A DNA stretch of 64,000 nt from Fimicolochytrium jonesii (GCF_025526975.1 NW_026515684.1:434001-498000); one strand, 5' to 3'; counted from the first letter of the stretch, positions 11,640-25,000 are shown. Made by a program: numbers and translations. The notes: generated by a model not told the origin, from the sequence alone.

Positions 11640-12638
11640 ATGTCCCAACCCGAATCCGTACCTTTCACCGCCAAGCAATGGAACGATATGTGCCAAGCCA
11701 TCACCGCCTTGCAAAGCCAAAACGCCAACTTGCAGGCCAACCTAGCGCAAGCCCAAGCCGACGCACAAGCTGCCCAGAGCATCGCTGCCCAGGTTCAAGC
11801 CGATACGTACACCCGTCCCCAAGTCACCAACCCTGCTCTGGAGCCAAGAATCAGCTCGCCCGAGAAGTTTGATGGTACCCGCAGCAAATTCCGTGGGTGG
11901 TTGAACAACATCCGGTTTATGTTTGCTCTCCAGCCTGTCCGATACCCCAGCAACAACATCAAGATCCAAACGATTGGCACCTACCTCACCGGCACTGCGC
12001 AAGCCTGGATGGCGCCCCTGGTCGAACGCCGAGATCACAGCCTTCAGAACTTCGATAGTATTATCGGGCAGATGCAATCTGTCTTTGGAGACAGCAACAG
12101 GGTCCGCAACTCTGAAAACAAGCTCCAGAACCTTCGCCAAACCCGTGCAGCAACCGGGTACATCGCTGAGTTCCGCCAGCTACAATGCGATGTCTCCTGG
12201 AACGACCAGGCCCTGATTGCTACCTTCCGCCGTGGCCTCAAAGAAGACATCAAAGACCTGATGCTCACGATGGCTCCTGCTGCCACCATTGATGCGGTGA
12301 TGGAGCAGGCTATCCAGTGCGATAACCGACTGTTTGAGCGCCACCATAAGCGAAAGAGAAGCCGCCAGACCTTCCCGGTTCCCCATACCTCGTTTACTAC
12401 TACCACCACTGTCGACCACAGCGAGCCTATGCAGATTGACGGCGCTCGTCCCCGCGGCCCTCTGAGCCCTCAGGAACGCCAACGCCGCATTTCCAACAAC
12501 CTCTGCCTCTACTGCGGTGGCGCGGGGCACATTGCGAAGGCCTGCCCCGTCAAGAACAAGACCACCACCTGTGCCGCCAACGTCGACATCAAAGAACCCT
12601 CCACCGAACAGGGTTTTCCCAAAGTCCAGCCGCAGTAA
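11640..12638 (+). CDS. gag: Gag of family A (Tf1/sushi-like), intact 332-aa ORF
   Basis: PEKFDGTRSKFRGW, LRQT...YIAEFRQL, FRRGLKEDIKD, PMQID, and CCHC knuckle CLYCGGAGHIAKAC. Confidence 0.95.
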   Translation: MSQPESVPFTAKQWNDMCQAITALQSQNANLQANLAQAQADAQAAQSIAAQVQADTYTRPQVTNPALEPRISSPEKFDGTRSKFRGWLNNIRFMFALQPVRYPSNNIKIQTIGTYLTGTAQAWMAPLVERRDHSLQNFDSIIGQMQSVFGDSNRVRNSENKLQNLRQTRAATGYIAEFRQLQCDVSWNDQALIATFRRGLKEDIKDLMLTMAPAATIDAVMEQAIQCDNRLFERHHKRKRSRQTFPVPHTSFTTTTTVDHSEPMQIDGARPRGPLSPQERQRRISNNLCLYCGGAGHIAKACPVKNKTTTCAANVDIKEPSTEQGFPKVQPQ

Positions 12639-12999
12639 GCCCCAGCAACTGGACAACACACACCGCCCTGGGCCTCCTAACCTCGCAGCTCCCGCAACGG
12701 AAGAGGCCACCCCCCTGGTTCCCGACTTGGTTATAGCCGACACGACCCTCCTAGCCGCTGCCCATGTCGAAAACTCCGAAATTAACCCCTGCGCCATGCT
12801 TGCGCTGGGTCCCGTTGAACCCTTCAACTACCCCGTTACCATCATGGTATCATCCAGCCGCGCCCCTATACCTACCTCAGCCATGATCGACAACGGTGCC
12901 CTGTCCTGCTTCATCGACAGAGACTTTGCCCGCAAACACGGCATCCCTCTAGTCCCGCATCAGCGTCCACTGACGATCGAACTCGTTGACGGTCAACCC
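12611..12999 (+). pseudogene. pol: Start of A1 pol (aspartic protease) in the -1 frame, truncated by an inversion junction
   Basis: G_GGT_TTT at 12611-12617. The -1 frame gives AMIDNGALSCFID (D-S/T-G motif altered to DNG). The sequence switches to inverted gag at ~13000. Confidence 0.88.
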
Positions 13000-13356
13000 A
13001 GCAAACATAAACCGGATGTTGTTCAACCACCCACGGAATTTGCTGCGGGTACCATCAAACTTCTCGGGCGAGCTGGTTCTTGGCTCCAGAGCAGGGTTGG
13101 TGACTTGGGGACGGGTGTACGTATCGGCTTGAACCTGGGCAGCGATGCCCTGGGCAGCTTGTGCGTTGGCTTGGGCTTGCGCTAGGTTGGCCTGGAAGTT
13201 GGCGTTTTGGCTTTGCAAGGCGGCGATGGCTTGGCACATATCGTTCCATTGCTTGGCGGTGAAAGGTACGGATTCGGGTTGGGACATGGCAAAAAAGGTT
13301 GGTCGGATGCAGGGCTGGACGGGTTCTGAACTTCGCAGTGTTGGAGCAGATCAAAC
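13000..13356 (-). mobile_element. Inverted copy of A leader, PBS and gag N-terminus
   Basis: Near-identical reverse complement of 11571-11927 (MSQPESVPF...NIRFMFA). Confidence 0.95.
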
Positions 13357-13870
13357 TGTTATGAGCTCGACGACTGAGGCGGAAGCGAAGTAGAGAAGAC
13401 AAGGCGAGAGCGATAGGCGACGCGAGATTGTATTGGCGAAACAAGAGACAAGGACTAGAACAAGAGATGAGAAGAACTGGTGTTGATCTGCTGGGGAGGA
13501 AGGGAATGGACGAAGAGAGGCCGGCTATTTATAGATAGGCAACCCAACAGATCAGAGAACAACAACAAGAGGGGACTGGGGGGCGCCAGCTATGCTCCTA
13601 GAGCGTGCGTGGCGAGCGTAGAGAGCGTTGCTACAGCTGCTGGCTATGGGGAAGTAGTGGGGGGTGTGGAGAAGCGGAGGGGGGATTGGCGAAATGAGAG
13701 GAGAGAGGAGGAGTGGCGATATTGCGGGAGGATTGGCGAAATGAGAGGAGAGAGGGGGAGTGGCATTGACAATGACATTGACACTGACATTGACATTGGC
13801 GTTTGACATTGGCGGCTGTCAGTGTGCTGTCATGAGGTAAGCTTATGGTATGGGCGCGTCGTCCATAACA
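13357..13870 (-). repeat. Family-A LTR (514 bp), acting as 3' LTR of A2 and 5' LTR of the inverted fragment
   Basis: TG..CA termini; PPT (AAGGGAGGGGTGA on minus, 13871-13883) on one side and PBS plus gag on the other. Confidence 0.93.
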
Positions 13871-13882
13871 TCACCCCTCCCT

Positions 13883-16800
13883 TTAGCGGCGGCGGCAGCG
13901 GCGTCGAGTCGGGTCAGGTCGCAGAGGAGGCGCTACAGGGACAGAGGAAGGCTTGTTGGGGTACGCGCTGTGGATGTCCTTGAGGAGTGCGTCGGTATGG
14001 GTGAGGTGTTCCATGGGCTCCCAGGTGTTCTCGGAGTCAGGCCAGCCTTGCCATTTGACCAAGTACTGAAGGCAACGACGATGGATGCGAGAGTCAAGGA
14101 TGGCTTCGACAACCCACTCTTCTTGACCCTCAACGGTCACTGGAGGCGCGGGTTCGGGTTCGTGTCGTTTGGGGATGGTGAAGCGGGGTTCGAGGAGCGA
14201 GACATGGAAGACATCGTGGATTTTGTACGTAGCTGGGAGCTTGAGACGGTAGGCGACGGGATTGATCTTTTCAACGATTGGGAACGGCCCAATCTTGCAA
14301 TTGTCGAGTTTTGGAGAGGGCCGGTTGGTCTGGAGGTTTTTGCGGAGGAGCCAAACTTGGTCACCAGGCTTGAAGTCCGGTCCAGTCATTCGTCTAGCGT
14401 CGGCGTAGCGCTTCATTCGATCTTGGGCTTCCTTGAGTTCAAGGGAAAGCTGGTCATGGGCTTCCTTGATTTGTTTAGCACGGGCTTCGGCAGCCAGATT
14501 GACGAATTCGGAGGTAGCAGAGGCCGCAAAACTGAAGCGGGGGTGGAGACCCTTGTTGGCGTAGAAGGGGGTGGTCTGGGAGGCGGACTGGTGAGTGTTG
14601 TTGTGGGCGAACTCAGCGGAAGACAGAAGCTGTTTCCAGTTGTCCTGTTGGTGGTTGCAAAAGCATCTGAAATACTGCTCCAGGATCTGGTTGGTGCGTT
14701 GCGTCTGGCCGTCGCTCTGGGGGTGGAAGGCCGAGGAGAGGTTGGCTTTCGCCCCAAGGAGCTCGAGAAGTTGACGTCAGAAACGGGACTTGAACTGGGG
14801 TCCTCGGTCAGAGATGATGTCGTCGGGGAGGCCGTGGAGACGGATGATATTGTGGAAGACTAGGTCGGCGGTGGATTCGGCGGATTCTGACTCGCTGCAG
14901 GCGATGAAGTGGGCCATCTTGGTGTGGCGACAGTTGACGTTCAGGATGAAGTTGTACCCGTCCACGGGAGGCAGACCGGTGATAAAGTCCAGGGACCAAG
15001 ATCCCCAAGGGCGGGTAGGGATACTGTTGGGCTGGAGTAGGCCGTAAGGTTTGTGTCGACTGGATTTCGCTTGGCTACAGGTATCGCAGGACTTGACGTA
15101 GGCCTTGACGAAGCGCCACTGGCTGGGCCACCAGTAGTTGCGGGAGGCGAGTTGGAGCATCTTGGACATCCCAAAGTGGCCAGTTAGGGGTGTATCGTGC
15201 ATGTTGTGGCAGATTTCAGCTCGGAGCTCATTGGTGGGGACATAGACAAGGTTATCGTACAGCAGGATCTCATCTTCATCTGAGAAACGCTTGATACGCT
15301 CTTGGGTTTCTTCGGTCCGTTGGGGAGGGGTATCCTGAGCTCCTCGCGGATGGTTTTAGCGAGGGAATCCGAGGCCTGGGCGGTCTTAATCTTGTCCAGC
15401 GTGGTATCCATCCGTGTGAGGTACGCAGCGGCGAGTTGAAGGCGTTTGGGAGTCAAATTTGTGGTTGCCTGGGAGCGGAACGCTTCTTCCCCTTCTTTTA
15501 GCTCATGTTCGGAGCGTTGGGAGAGGGCATCGGCTTGGTGCTGCTGGGAACCGGGGCAATAGGTAATGACAAAGTCAAAATCCGAGAAGAATATTGACCA
15601 GCGGGCTTGGCGGCGGTTCAGGGTGCGGGTGGTCATGAAGTACTGAAGGTTTTTGTGGTCGGAGTAAACGGTGATCTTGTGACGGGCGCCAATGAGATGA
15701 TGTCGCCACTGGGCAAAGGAGTCTTGGATGGCCAGAAGTTCCTTGTCGTAGATCACATAGTTGATCTCTTCGGCCGTGAATTTGCGAGAGTGGAAGGCAA
15801 CGGGGTGGAGCTGATTGTCTTTGTCAGGTTGGAGGAGAACTGCGCTGACAGCGAAGTTGGAGGCGTCAGTTTCGACGACAAAGGGTTTCTTTGGGTCGGG
15901 GTGAGGAAGGATGGGGGCGGTGGTGAATGATTTCTTCAGGTTCTCGAAGGCGGTGTTTGCGGCGGGTGTCCGGGCGTATGGGATATCTTTCCAGGTCAGG
16001 GCGGTGAGCGGGGTAGCCATCTTGGAGTAACCTTGGATGAATTGGCGATAGAAGTTGGCAAAGCCGAGGAACCGCTGGACGCCTTTGACATTCTTGGGGG
16101 GCTCCCAATCCGTGATGACAGCGATCTTCTTGGTGTCCATCTAGATGCCTTTCTCGGAGATGATGAAGCCTAGGAACTCGACAGATTCGCGGTTGAATTT
16201 GCACTTCTCGGGTTTGGCATACAACCCATGCTGGCGGAGGCGGTACAAGACTTTGCGGACGTGCTTTGGGTGATCTTCAGGGTTCTTGGTGAATATAAGG
16301 ATATCATCAAGGTAGACGACAACAAACACATCGACAATGTCTCGGAAGATGTCGTTCATCAGGTACTGGAAAACGCCAGGGGCATTGCTGAGTCCAAAAG
16401 GCATGACATTGTATTCCAATAGGCCGTAGCGGCAGCGGAAGGCGGTCTTCCATTCATCGCCCGGGCGCATGCGTAAGAGGTTATAAGCGCCGCGGAGGTC
16501 GAGCTTGGTGAGACGGTGGGCGCCGCGCAAACGTTCCATGATACCGTTGATCAGGGGCAGGGGTAAGCGATTCTTCACCGTGATGCTGTTCAGGCCTCGA
16601 TGATCGACGCAGAGGCGGAGAGAACCGTCCTTTTTCTTCACAAATAAGACTGGCGCACCGGCGGGGGACTTTGAGGGTTTGATGATTCCTTTGGTGAGGT
16701 TTTCTTCGAGGTATTCGCAGAGTGCCTTCATCTCTGGTTTGCTGAGGCTGTAAATTGGGCTGAAAGGTGGCTGCTTGCCTTCTTCCAGATCGATAGGACA

Positions 16801-17410
16801 GTCGTAGGGCCGGTGCTCGGGGTGAGTGTCAGCATTTTTCTTTTCAAAAATGTCGGCGAAATCTTGATATTCGGGGGGCAGGAAGTCTTTGATGTCTTTC
16901 TCGGGTGTCGGGGGGTTACTGGGGCTACGCGAGGCCGGGAGCTCGGGTTTCGCAGGGTTGGCGTAGGCGACAAAGACCTGGTCATGCCTTGCTGCGACCC
17001 GGAAGGCTGGGACGGAGATGGACGAGACTCGAAGCGGCGTGGGCGCCGGTTCTGGGGTGCTGGAGGAGATACCTTGGGTACTGGAATCGACCATGTTTCG
17101 TCAACGGGGACTTCATCCTGGGGGATGCTGATCAAGGGCTCGGGGGTTCTGGCAGGTGCTGGGCTCAGGGGTGCAGGGGAGCGGTCCCAATTCGCGAATT
17201 CATGGTACTGACAGTCGCAACGGAAACCGACCGAAAGGTTCTTGAAGTCAAGGTAAATGTCATAATTTCGGAGTTTTCGACATGGGCAGTGGCTAGGAGG
17301 GTTGTGTCGGCTATAACGGAGTGGTGAACCAGGGGGGTGGCCTCTTCCGTTGCAGGAGCTGCGAGGTTAGGAGGCCCGGGGGAGTGTGTGTTGTCCAGTC
17401 GCTGGGGCTT
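13883..17410 (-). pseudogene. pol: A2 pol: RT, RNase H, integrase, chromodomain (protease deleted)
   Basis: YLDD, ETDASNFA, GHFG..C..C, SDRGPQF, IGPF, FHVSLLEP and chromodomain EWVVEAILDSR..YLVKWQGW..SENTWEP. Stops at 16141 and 14777 plus frameshifts. Confidence 0.95.
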
Positions 17411-17929
17411 TACTGCGGCTGGTGTGACGTCAGAGGAAACGTAGACGATATTGGGCCCTTCTGAGAGGGCTGAGAGCAGTGTATTGTAGTGAAGAAAAAA
17501 GTAAGAAGCTCTTCGCAGCGGCCGCTCGACTGACAGCTTTATATATGGGTTGCCAGTGGGGCTTGCGTGGCTTCAGCGAGGCTTGGCGCCTTATGTATTG
17601 TATCACCAAGAGCTCGGGTGGCCAGCCCGGGTCTCGGATCAAGTAGAAGTAAAGGGACATAATATGAAATACAAGTGAAGATGAGATATCCCCGACATCT
17701 CCCTCAGATCCTTGTTCATTTTATAGTGTTGACGCACTGTGTGATGTGTGTGTTTGAGGCAAAGGTGTCCCTAAGCCGACGTCGTATGTGATGTGTGTGT
17801 GTAAGGTCGGTTCTTGCGTCGCTGCGCGTGATAAGATGTAGTTTACGTCGCTATTGTCAGCGGTGTGATTGATAGTGAGCGGTTCTTGCGGCGTCGCGCG
17901 TGTGATGTGATATGAGATGCTCTATGCTG

Positions 17930-20900
17930 TTCGTCTCCGTATCCACAAAGATTGTGGATGATTTTTTCGCCATCGTTTGTAGGCAGGCGTGTAGCGAAGT
18001 GCGGATTCCGGTTCCCAAGTAGGGTCAGGATAACCGAGCCATTTGACTAGAAGATTTCGTACAGCGCGTCGCTCGTCGATGATATCTTCTACAACCTATT
18101 CAGGTTGTCCGCGTTCTTCGATTGGTGGAGGAGGTTGTGGAACTGCACATTGCGGATATTGCTCTTCGCGATGTGGTCGTAAAATATCGACGTGAAAGAC
18201 AGGCCAGAGGCCAGATGCCGCTGATCTTCGATGATGATAAATCGAGTTTGTAGGGATCAGGATGTGCTCCCAGTGCGATGATTTTGAATGGTCCAATCCA
18301 CGTAGCTGAGTATCGAAGCCCTCTTCGAGCGTCTACTTCTAGGTTGATTCCTTGTCGATTTAGATCGACAAGGTTGCCAATTTTGTACGCGATTGGCGTT
18401 TGACCTTTGTCGTGTTGACGTGCGAGTTGATCTTGCGATCTCTGAAGGTTTTTGCAGACGATACGGGCGATGTCTTCCTGCCCGTTCTTGAAGAGTTCGA
18501 TTTTGTTTCGATCTACAGCTCGAAGTTTGAGTTCTTGTCCTTTGAGTGTTGGATTCCAACCCGGGAGGATTGGAGAGCGTCCGAGATCTACTTCAAATGG
18601 CGATAAACCTTCATATTCCTCCCTCGGAGCGGTGTTGTATGCGAATTCGATTAGAGGCAATAGTTTCTTCCAATTGCTTTTGTCGTAGTGAGGTATTGCT
18701 TCCAAATCTTTTTCAGGGTTTGGATGGCTCCCTCAACTTTGCCATCGGTTTGTTGATGACGAGCAGTAGCGAATTCGTGTTTTAGACCGAGGAGAATATC
18801 GAATGCGAGGAAGAAGTCGGAAAGTGCGCAAGGTTTGCGATCCGTAATGAAGACTTTTGGCGTACCGACATGTTTCCAAACATGATCTAGGAAGACTTGG
18901 GCTAGTTCGCGTCCAGTAATTGTCTTCTTGATCCGTGTCAGAATCACATGTCCGGAAAGGTAATCAATGCAGACAAGGCAAGAGTTTGTTTCATCTACTT
19001 TGAAAATGTCGAATCCAATCGTGTGCCATCTTCCAAAAGGTATAGGAAGAGGTCGAAGAAATCCGTATCGACGATGACCAGGTTTGAATTGTCGACAGGA
19101 TTTGCAAGTTCCAACGTATTTGATGACGTTGGAGCGTACGGTAGGCCAGTAATAGTCCATAAGAATTCTCGCGAGAGTCTTCCTAACACCGAGATGTCCT
19201 CCGGTAGCGAGTTCATCATGGAATTTCCGCAAAATCTTCGGGCGAATGTCTTCAGGAACGTATAGATGTCCTTCGTGCCGTACTAATCCATTTTCGAACG
19301 TATAACGGAGTTCTTTCGAAGTTTTCTCGTGTTGAGGTTTTCGAGAAATTTCATCGAGATAATCCGAGTATGGATCTTTGCGTAGCGCTTTTTTCCATTC
19401 TTCTTCTGAGCAGGTAGGTGAGTTCTGTGGATCGTCTCTCGTAGCATTAGAGGAAGGTTCATTGACAAGCATGTTGCTGATCTGCGTATGCATGTCGAGG
19501 CGTCGTTGACCATCTACACACCGAGGCGCATAGATTGGATTGCGGGAGAGCATGTCGGCGATGTGATTCCATCGTCCAGGTACATACTGGATGTCGAAAT
19601 CATATTCTTGTAGCTTCTCCACCCAATTGGCTTGTCTTCTGCTCAAATGGGGTTGCGCTTGGATGAATTCAAGTCCCTTGTGATCGCTTAAACATCGGAA
19701 GTAACGACCAATGAGATATGGTCGGTTGGCGACCAACATCCTGACAAGAGCTAAGAACTCCTGTTCGTGCGTAGGATATCGAGTTTCTGCGTCCTTCATC
19801 TTTCTAGAGAAGAAGACCACAGGCCGGAGCCGCGGTAACTCCTTCCATTGTCCGACAAGAGTAGCCAGATTCGTAGGGATCGTTTCATCGCCAGAAGGTT
19901 GTCCAATCCAGCCAGCAATAGCGTAGCCTGATTAGTCGGTATAGATGTAAATCGGCTTGATTTCATCGATTGTTGCTAGGGTAGGCGCATCGATCAACGC
20001 TTCTTTCAACTTTTGAAATGCCTCCTGTTGCTCAGGACCCCATCGAAATTTGACTTTCGAAGATTGAATACTTGATAGGGGCAGAGCGATGTCCGAATAA
20101 CCTTGTACGAAGTCGAGGAAATAGTTCGTGAACCCGAGAAAGCTTTGAACTCCTTTTGTTGACTTTGGAGTAGCCCAATCCTTGATAGCTTGGATTTTCG
20201 AGGGCGCGATGCGAATACTATGTCTTCCGAGAATATATCCACACCATTTGAGTCCTTCTTTAGCCCATACGCACTTTGAAGGCTTGATGAAAAGGGCGTG
20301 TTCTTCAAGTTTCTTCAGGATACGATCGACGTGTTCCCGATGTTCGGCTAAGGTCTTTGAGAAAATGAACATGTCGCCCAGGTAGGTAGCGAGGAATTCG
20401 TCGTAATCTTTATGGAAGATCTTATTCATAAGACGTTGAAATGCAGCAGGTGCGTTGGTAAGCCCGAAAGGCATAACCAAATACTCGAAATGTCCGAAGC
20501 GAGTTCATATTGCCGTTTTTTCCCGATCTTGTTTTCGTATAAGAAGACGATGGTATGCTTCTCGAATATCGATAAGCGTAAACCATATACAACCTTGAAT
20601 TCGATACCTCATCTCACGAATATTGGGTAAAGGAGTGCGATCTTTTTTGGTGACGGCATTGAGATCTCGGTAGTCCCAACAGATGCGTAATCCGCCATCT
20701 TTCTTTTTTGCAAAGACAACACTAGCTCCCCAGGGACTTGAGGAGTGTTGTATCCATCCTTTTTCGAGCATCAAGGTGATTTGTTTCTTGAGTTCAGCAA
20801 GTTCTTCTTTGTTCATGTGCCGAAGAGGTTGCCAAACGGGTTCAGCACCTTCAGTGAGTTCGATCTTGAAATTATCTTCTCCGCAATCAGGGGGTAGACC

Positions 20901-21487
20901 TTCTGGTTCCTTGAAGAGCGTATTGACATATTTATTTAGGATATCCTTGAGATGTCCTGGATTTCCTTTAAGCTCCTCAGGAGCGTTCGGTATTTCGTTA
21001 AGAGCGAGGCGGCAGACCGTGTCTTTTTCAAACTTGTTCCGTTGCCAAGCCTTATTGAATCTCTTGGAAGTCATTTCTATGACTTGAGGATTGCGAAGGG
21101 CACTGGCTTGAGCGAATCGAGATACATAATGAGGTGCAGCTTGTAGAGGACGAGTATCCACAGGTTTAATGATTCGAACAGGTCGAACAGGTCTTTTATC
21201 ATAGACCGGATCTCGTTGTACATCGAAGTAAGGGTTGTTGTGTTTCGGGATGTATTCGATGTCTTCCCAGTTTCTTGAAGTTCTTTCGCAATTTGATGGT
21301 GACAGACTGCTGTGCGTTTGGTATAGGGCCATAATTGGTCCAGCAAAGGATAGGTAAGGTACTCACTGAGAATTGTTCAGCGTAATTAAAGAAACGCCAG
21401 AAAGGCATTCCAAGAATAGCGTCGTAAGCCAGATTACTGACTAGCCAGGGAAGTTGTCCAACTAAGAAAAGCGACTGAGGTTCGAGA
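17930..21487 (-). pseudogene. pol: Family C pol (protease C-terminus, RT, RNase H, integrase, chromodomain)
   Basis: DAILGMPF, SPWGASVVFAKKKDGGLR, YLGD (mutated), GGHLG..C..C, HQQTDG, WIGPF, and VVEDIIDERR..LVKWLGYPDPTWEP. Confidence 0.93.
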
Positions 21488-22030
21488 TGTTATGAATGGG
21501 CGGAGCCGACGGAAATAGAGGCGACTTGTGGTGCAGGTTGTTGACAGGTAATGGTATTCAGACCGAAACAAGAACTAGAACAGGACTAGGAAGAACTGGT
21601 GTTGATCTGCTGGGGGGTCAGGAAGTGGGGAGCTCAGGGGAGGAGGCTATTTATGCTTTTCTGGGAAGGCTGGGGAAGCGTGGGGAAGCAGAAGGGTACG
21701 GAATGAGAGGGAAGCCAAGAGAAGCGCCAAGGGTGGGGGAAGCATAGAAACAGAAGACTGGGGATGGGGTGGCTACGCTGAGGCTGTGGGCGGGTACGTG
21801 GGGAAGTATGGAGAAGGGTTTGTAAGCGCCGAGTGTTGGGAGGTGTGGCTACGTGCGGCTGCGTGGAGAAATGAAGGCAGTGGCAGGTGTGGGGTAGCGC
21901 GGCTGCGTGCGGCTGCGAGGTTTGGCAGATGTCAGGTTTTGACAGGGAATTGACATTGACTGACTGTTGGGATGCTGTCATGAGGTAAGCGCATGGTATG
22001 GACGCGTCGTCCATAACATCACCCCCTCCT

Positions 22031-25000
22031 TTAGCCATGGCCTCCGGATGTTGTTTTGATGTTGGCAGGCTTTGGTCGGGGTTTGTCGGGGTACTTTTGG
22101 TGGAACTGGGCAACAAGCTCTTGACAGCGGGCAAGGTGTTCCACTGGCTCCCATGTGTTCTCCGAGCTTGGCCAACCCTGCCACTTGATGAGGTACTGAA
22201 GGTGCGTGCGTCGAATACGGGAGTCAAGAATGTCTTCCACAATCCATTCCTCCTGTCCTTCGACTTCTTCTGGTGGGGTGGGTTCTGGCTCAGTTCGCTC
22301 CGGAATGGTGAAACGTGGTTCAAGAAGGGAGACATGGAAGACGTTGTGAATTTTGTAGGATGGGGGAAGCTTGAAGCGATATGTGACCGAGTTGATCTTC
22401 TCCGTGATTGTGAAGGGGCCAATCTTACGGTGATCAAGTTTCTGGGAAGGTCGGAGAGTCTTGAGATTCCGCTGTAAGAGCCAGACACTGTCCCCGGGTT
22501 TCATGTCTGGGCCAGGTGCCCTCTTAGCATCGGCAAAGCGCTTCATGCGTCCTTGGGCCTCCTTGAGCTCAGTGGCAAGCTGTTCATGGATTTCCTTGAG
22601 ATGGTTGGCACGAGCTTCGGCTGCAGGATTAAGGGATTCGGTTGTGGTGGCGGAAGCCAGACTGAATCGAGGATGGAACCCATAGTTGGCGTAGAAGGGG
22701 GTTGTCTGGGTGGCGGAGTGGATGGTGTTATTGTAAGAGAACTCAGCAGAAGACAAGAGTTCCTTCCAGTTATCTTGTTGATAGTTGCAAAAGCAGCGAA
22801 GGTATTGCTCAAGAATCTGATTGGTCCGCTCGGTTTGTCCATCGCTCTGGGTATGGAACGCCGATGAGAGGTTGACCTTGGTTCCCAGGAGAGCGAAGAG
22901 ACGTTTCCAGAAGTGGGAGTTGAACTGTGGGCCACGGTCAGATACAATATCGTCGGGGAGTCCATGGAGCCGGATGACATGGTGCCAGATCAGATCTGCA
23001 GTTGACTCAGCGGTGGCAGTTTTCCTGCACGGTACAAAGTGCGCCATCTTGGTGAACCGGCAGATGACAACGAGCACAGAATCAACCCCATCACTGGCGG
23101 GTAGATCCGTGATGAAGTCCATAGAAATTGACCCCCAGGGGCGGTCAGGGACCTGCAGGGGTTGGAGGAGTCCGTAGGGCTTGTGTCTGCTGGTCTTGGC
23201 TTGAGCACATACGTCGCAGGATCTGATGTAGAACTTGACAAAACGCCACTGGCTAGGCCACCAGTAGTTGCGTGAGATGAGCTCCAGGGTCTTTGACATG
23301 CCGTAGTGTCCTGCCAAACGCGTGTCATGCATGTCCCGGCAGATCTCAGCACGGAGCTTGTTGGTGGGGACGTAGACAAGGTTGTCGTACAGCAGAACCC
23401 CATTTTCCTCGGAGAATCGCTTTATCCGTTCTTGGTCTTCTTGAGATTGCTGGGCAATGGGGGCCCTAAGCTGTCGCCGGATGGTTTGCGCAAACACATC
23501 GGATGCCAGGGCAGCTTTGATTTGGTCAAGGAGCGAGGAGTCCAGTGGGGTCAGATAAGTGGCGGCCAGGCGGCGATGGTCAGGGGTGAGGATCGTGGTT
23601 TCCTGGGAGCGGAATGCTTCTTCCCCCTCCCTTAGCTCGTATTCAGAGCGACGAGAGAGGGCGTCAGCTTGGTGTTGCTGGGTACCAGGGCGGTATGTGA
23701 TGACAGAGTCGAAATCAGCAAAGAAGATTGACCAGCGGGATTGCTGGCGGTTGAGGGTACGGGTAGTCATGAAGTACTGGAAGTTCTTGTGGTCACAGTA
23801 AACGATGACCTTGTGGCGGGCACCAATGAGGTGGTGTCGCCATTGAGCAAATGAGTCTTGGATAGCCAGGAGTTCCTTGTCGTAGATCTCATAGTTGATT
23901 TCCTCAGGAGTAAATTTGCGGGAGTGAAAGGCCACGGGGTGGAGTTGATCTGTGTCATCGGGTTGAAGGAGGACAGCGCCAAGGGCAAAGTCGGAGGCAT
24001 CGGATTCGACAATGAAGGGCTTGTCAGGGTCGGGGTGAGTCAGGATAGGTGCGGAGGTGAAGGCTTTCTTGAGGGTTTCAAAAGCTAAGTGTGCAGCGTG
24101 GGTCCATTTGAATGGCAAGTCTTTGCGAGTGAGCGTGGTCAGGGGTGCAACGATCGCAGAGTACCCTTTGATGAATCGCCGGTAGAAGTTGACAAAACCA
24201 AGGAAGCGCTGGATGCCTTTGACATTCGTCGGGGGTTCCCATTCAGTAATGGCAGCCGTCTTCTTTGGGTCCATGGAAATGCCTTGCTGGGAGATGAATA
24301 ACCCCAGGAACTCAACAGAGTCACGGTTGAATTCGCATTTTTCCGGTTTCGCATACAGCCCGTGCTGGCGGAGTCGTGAGAGCACCTCTCGGACGTGGTT
24401 GGGGTGGTCTTCTGGGTTTTTTGAGAAGATCAGAATGTCGTCAAGGTAGACCACAACAAAAACGTCGAGAATGTCACGGAATATGTCGTTCATGAGGTGT
24501 TGGAATACTCCAGGGGCATTGGTGAGCCCAAACGGCATGACATTATACTCGAATAGGCCGTAGCGACATCGGAACGCTGTCTTCCATTCATCCCCTGGCC
24601 GGATCCGAAGAAGGTTGTAGGCTCCCCGGAGGTCAATCTTGGTGAGCCGGCGTGCCCCTCGAAGACGATCCATGATGCTGTTAATCAAGGGCAAGGGATA
24701 GCGATTCTTGATGGTGATATTGTTGAGTCCACGATAGTCGACGCACAGACGGAGGGAACCGTCCTTTTTCTTGACAAAGAGGACTGGGGCACCGGCGGGA
24801 GACTTGGAGTGCTTGATGAACCCCTTAGCTAGGTTCTCTTCAAGGTAGTCACAGAGTGCCTGCATTTCAGGCTCGCTGAGACTATAGATCGGGCCGAACG
24901 GTGGCTGTTTGCCCTCTTCTAAGTCGATGGGACAGTCGTAGGGTCGGTGCTCTGGGAGGGTATCCGCGTTCTTCTTGGCGAAGACGTCCGCAAAATCTTG

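Noticed and set aside
13850..14863. 337-aa plus-strand ORF (likewise 28109-29005)
   Set aside because: Antisense to integrase or gag; no motifs of its own.
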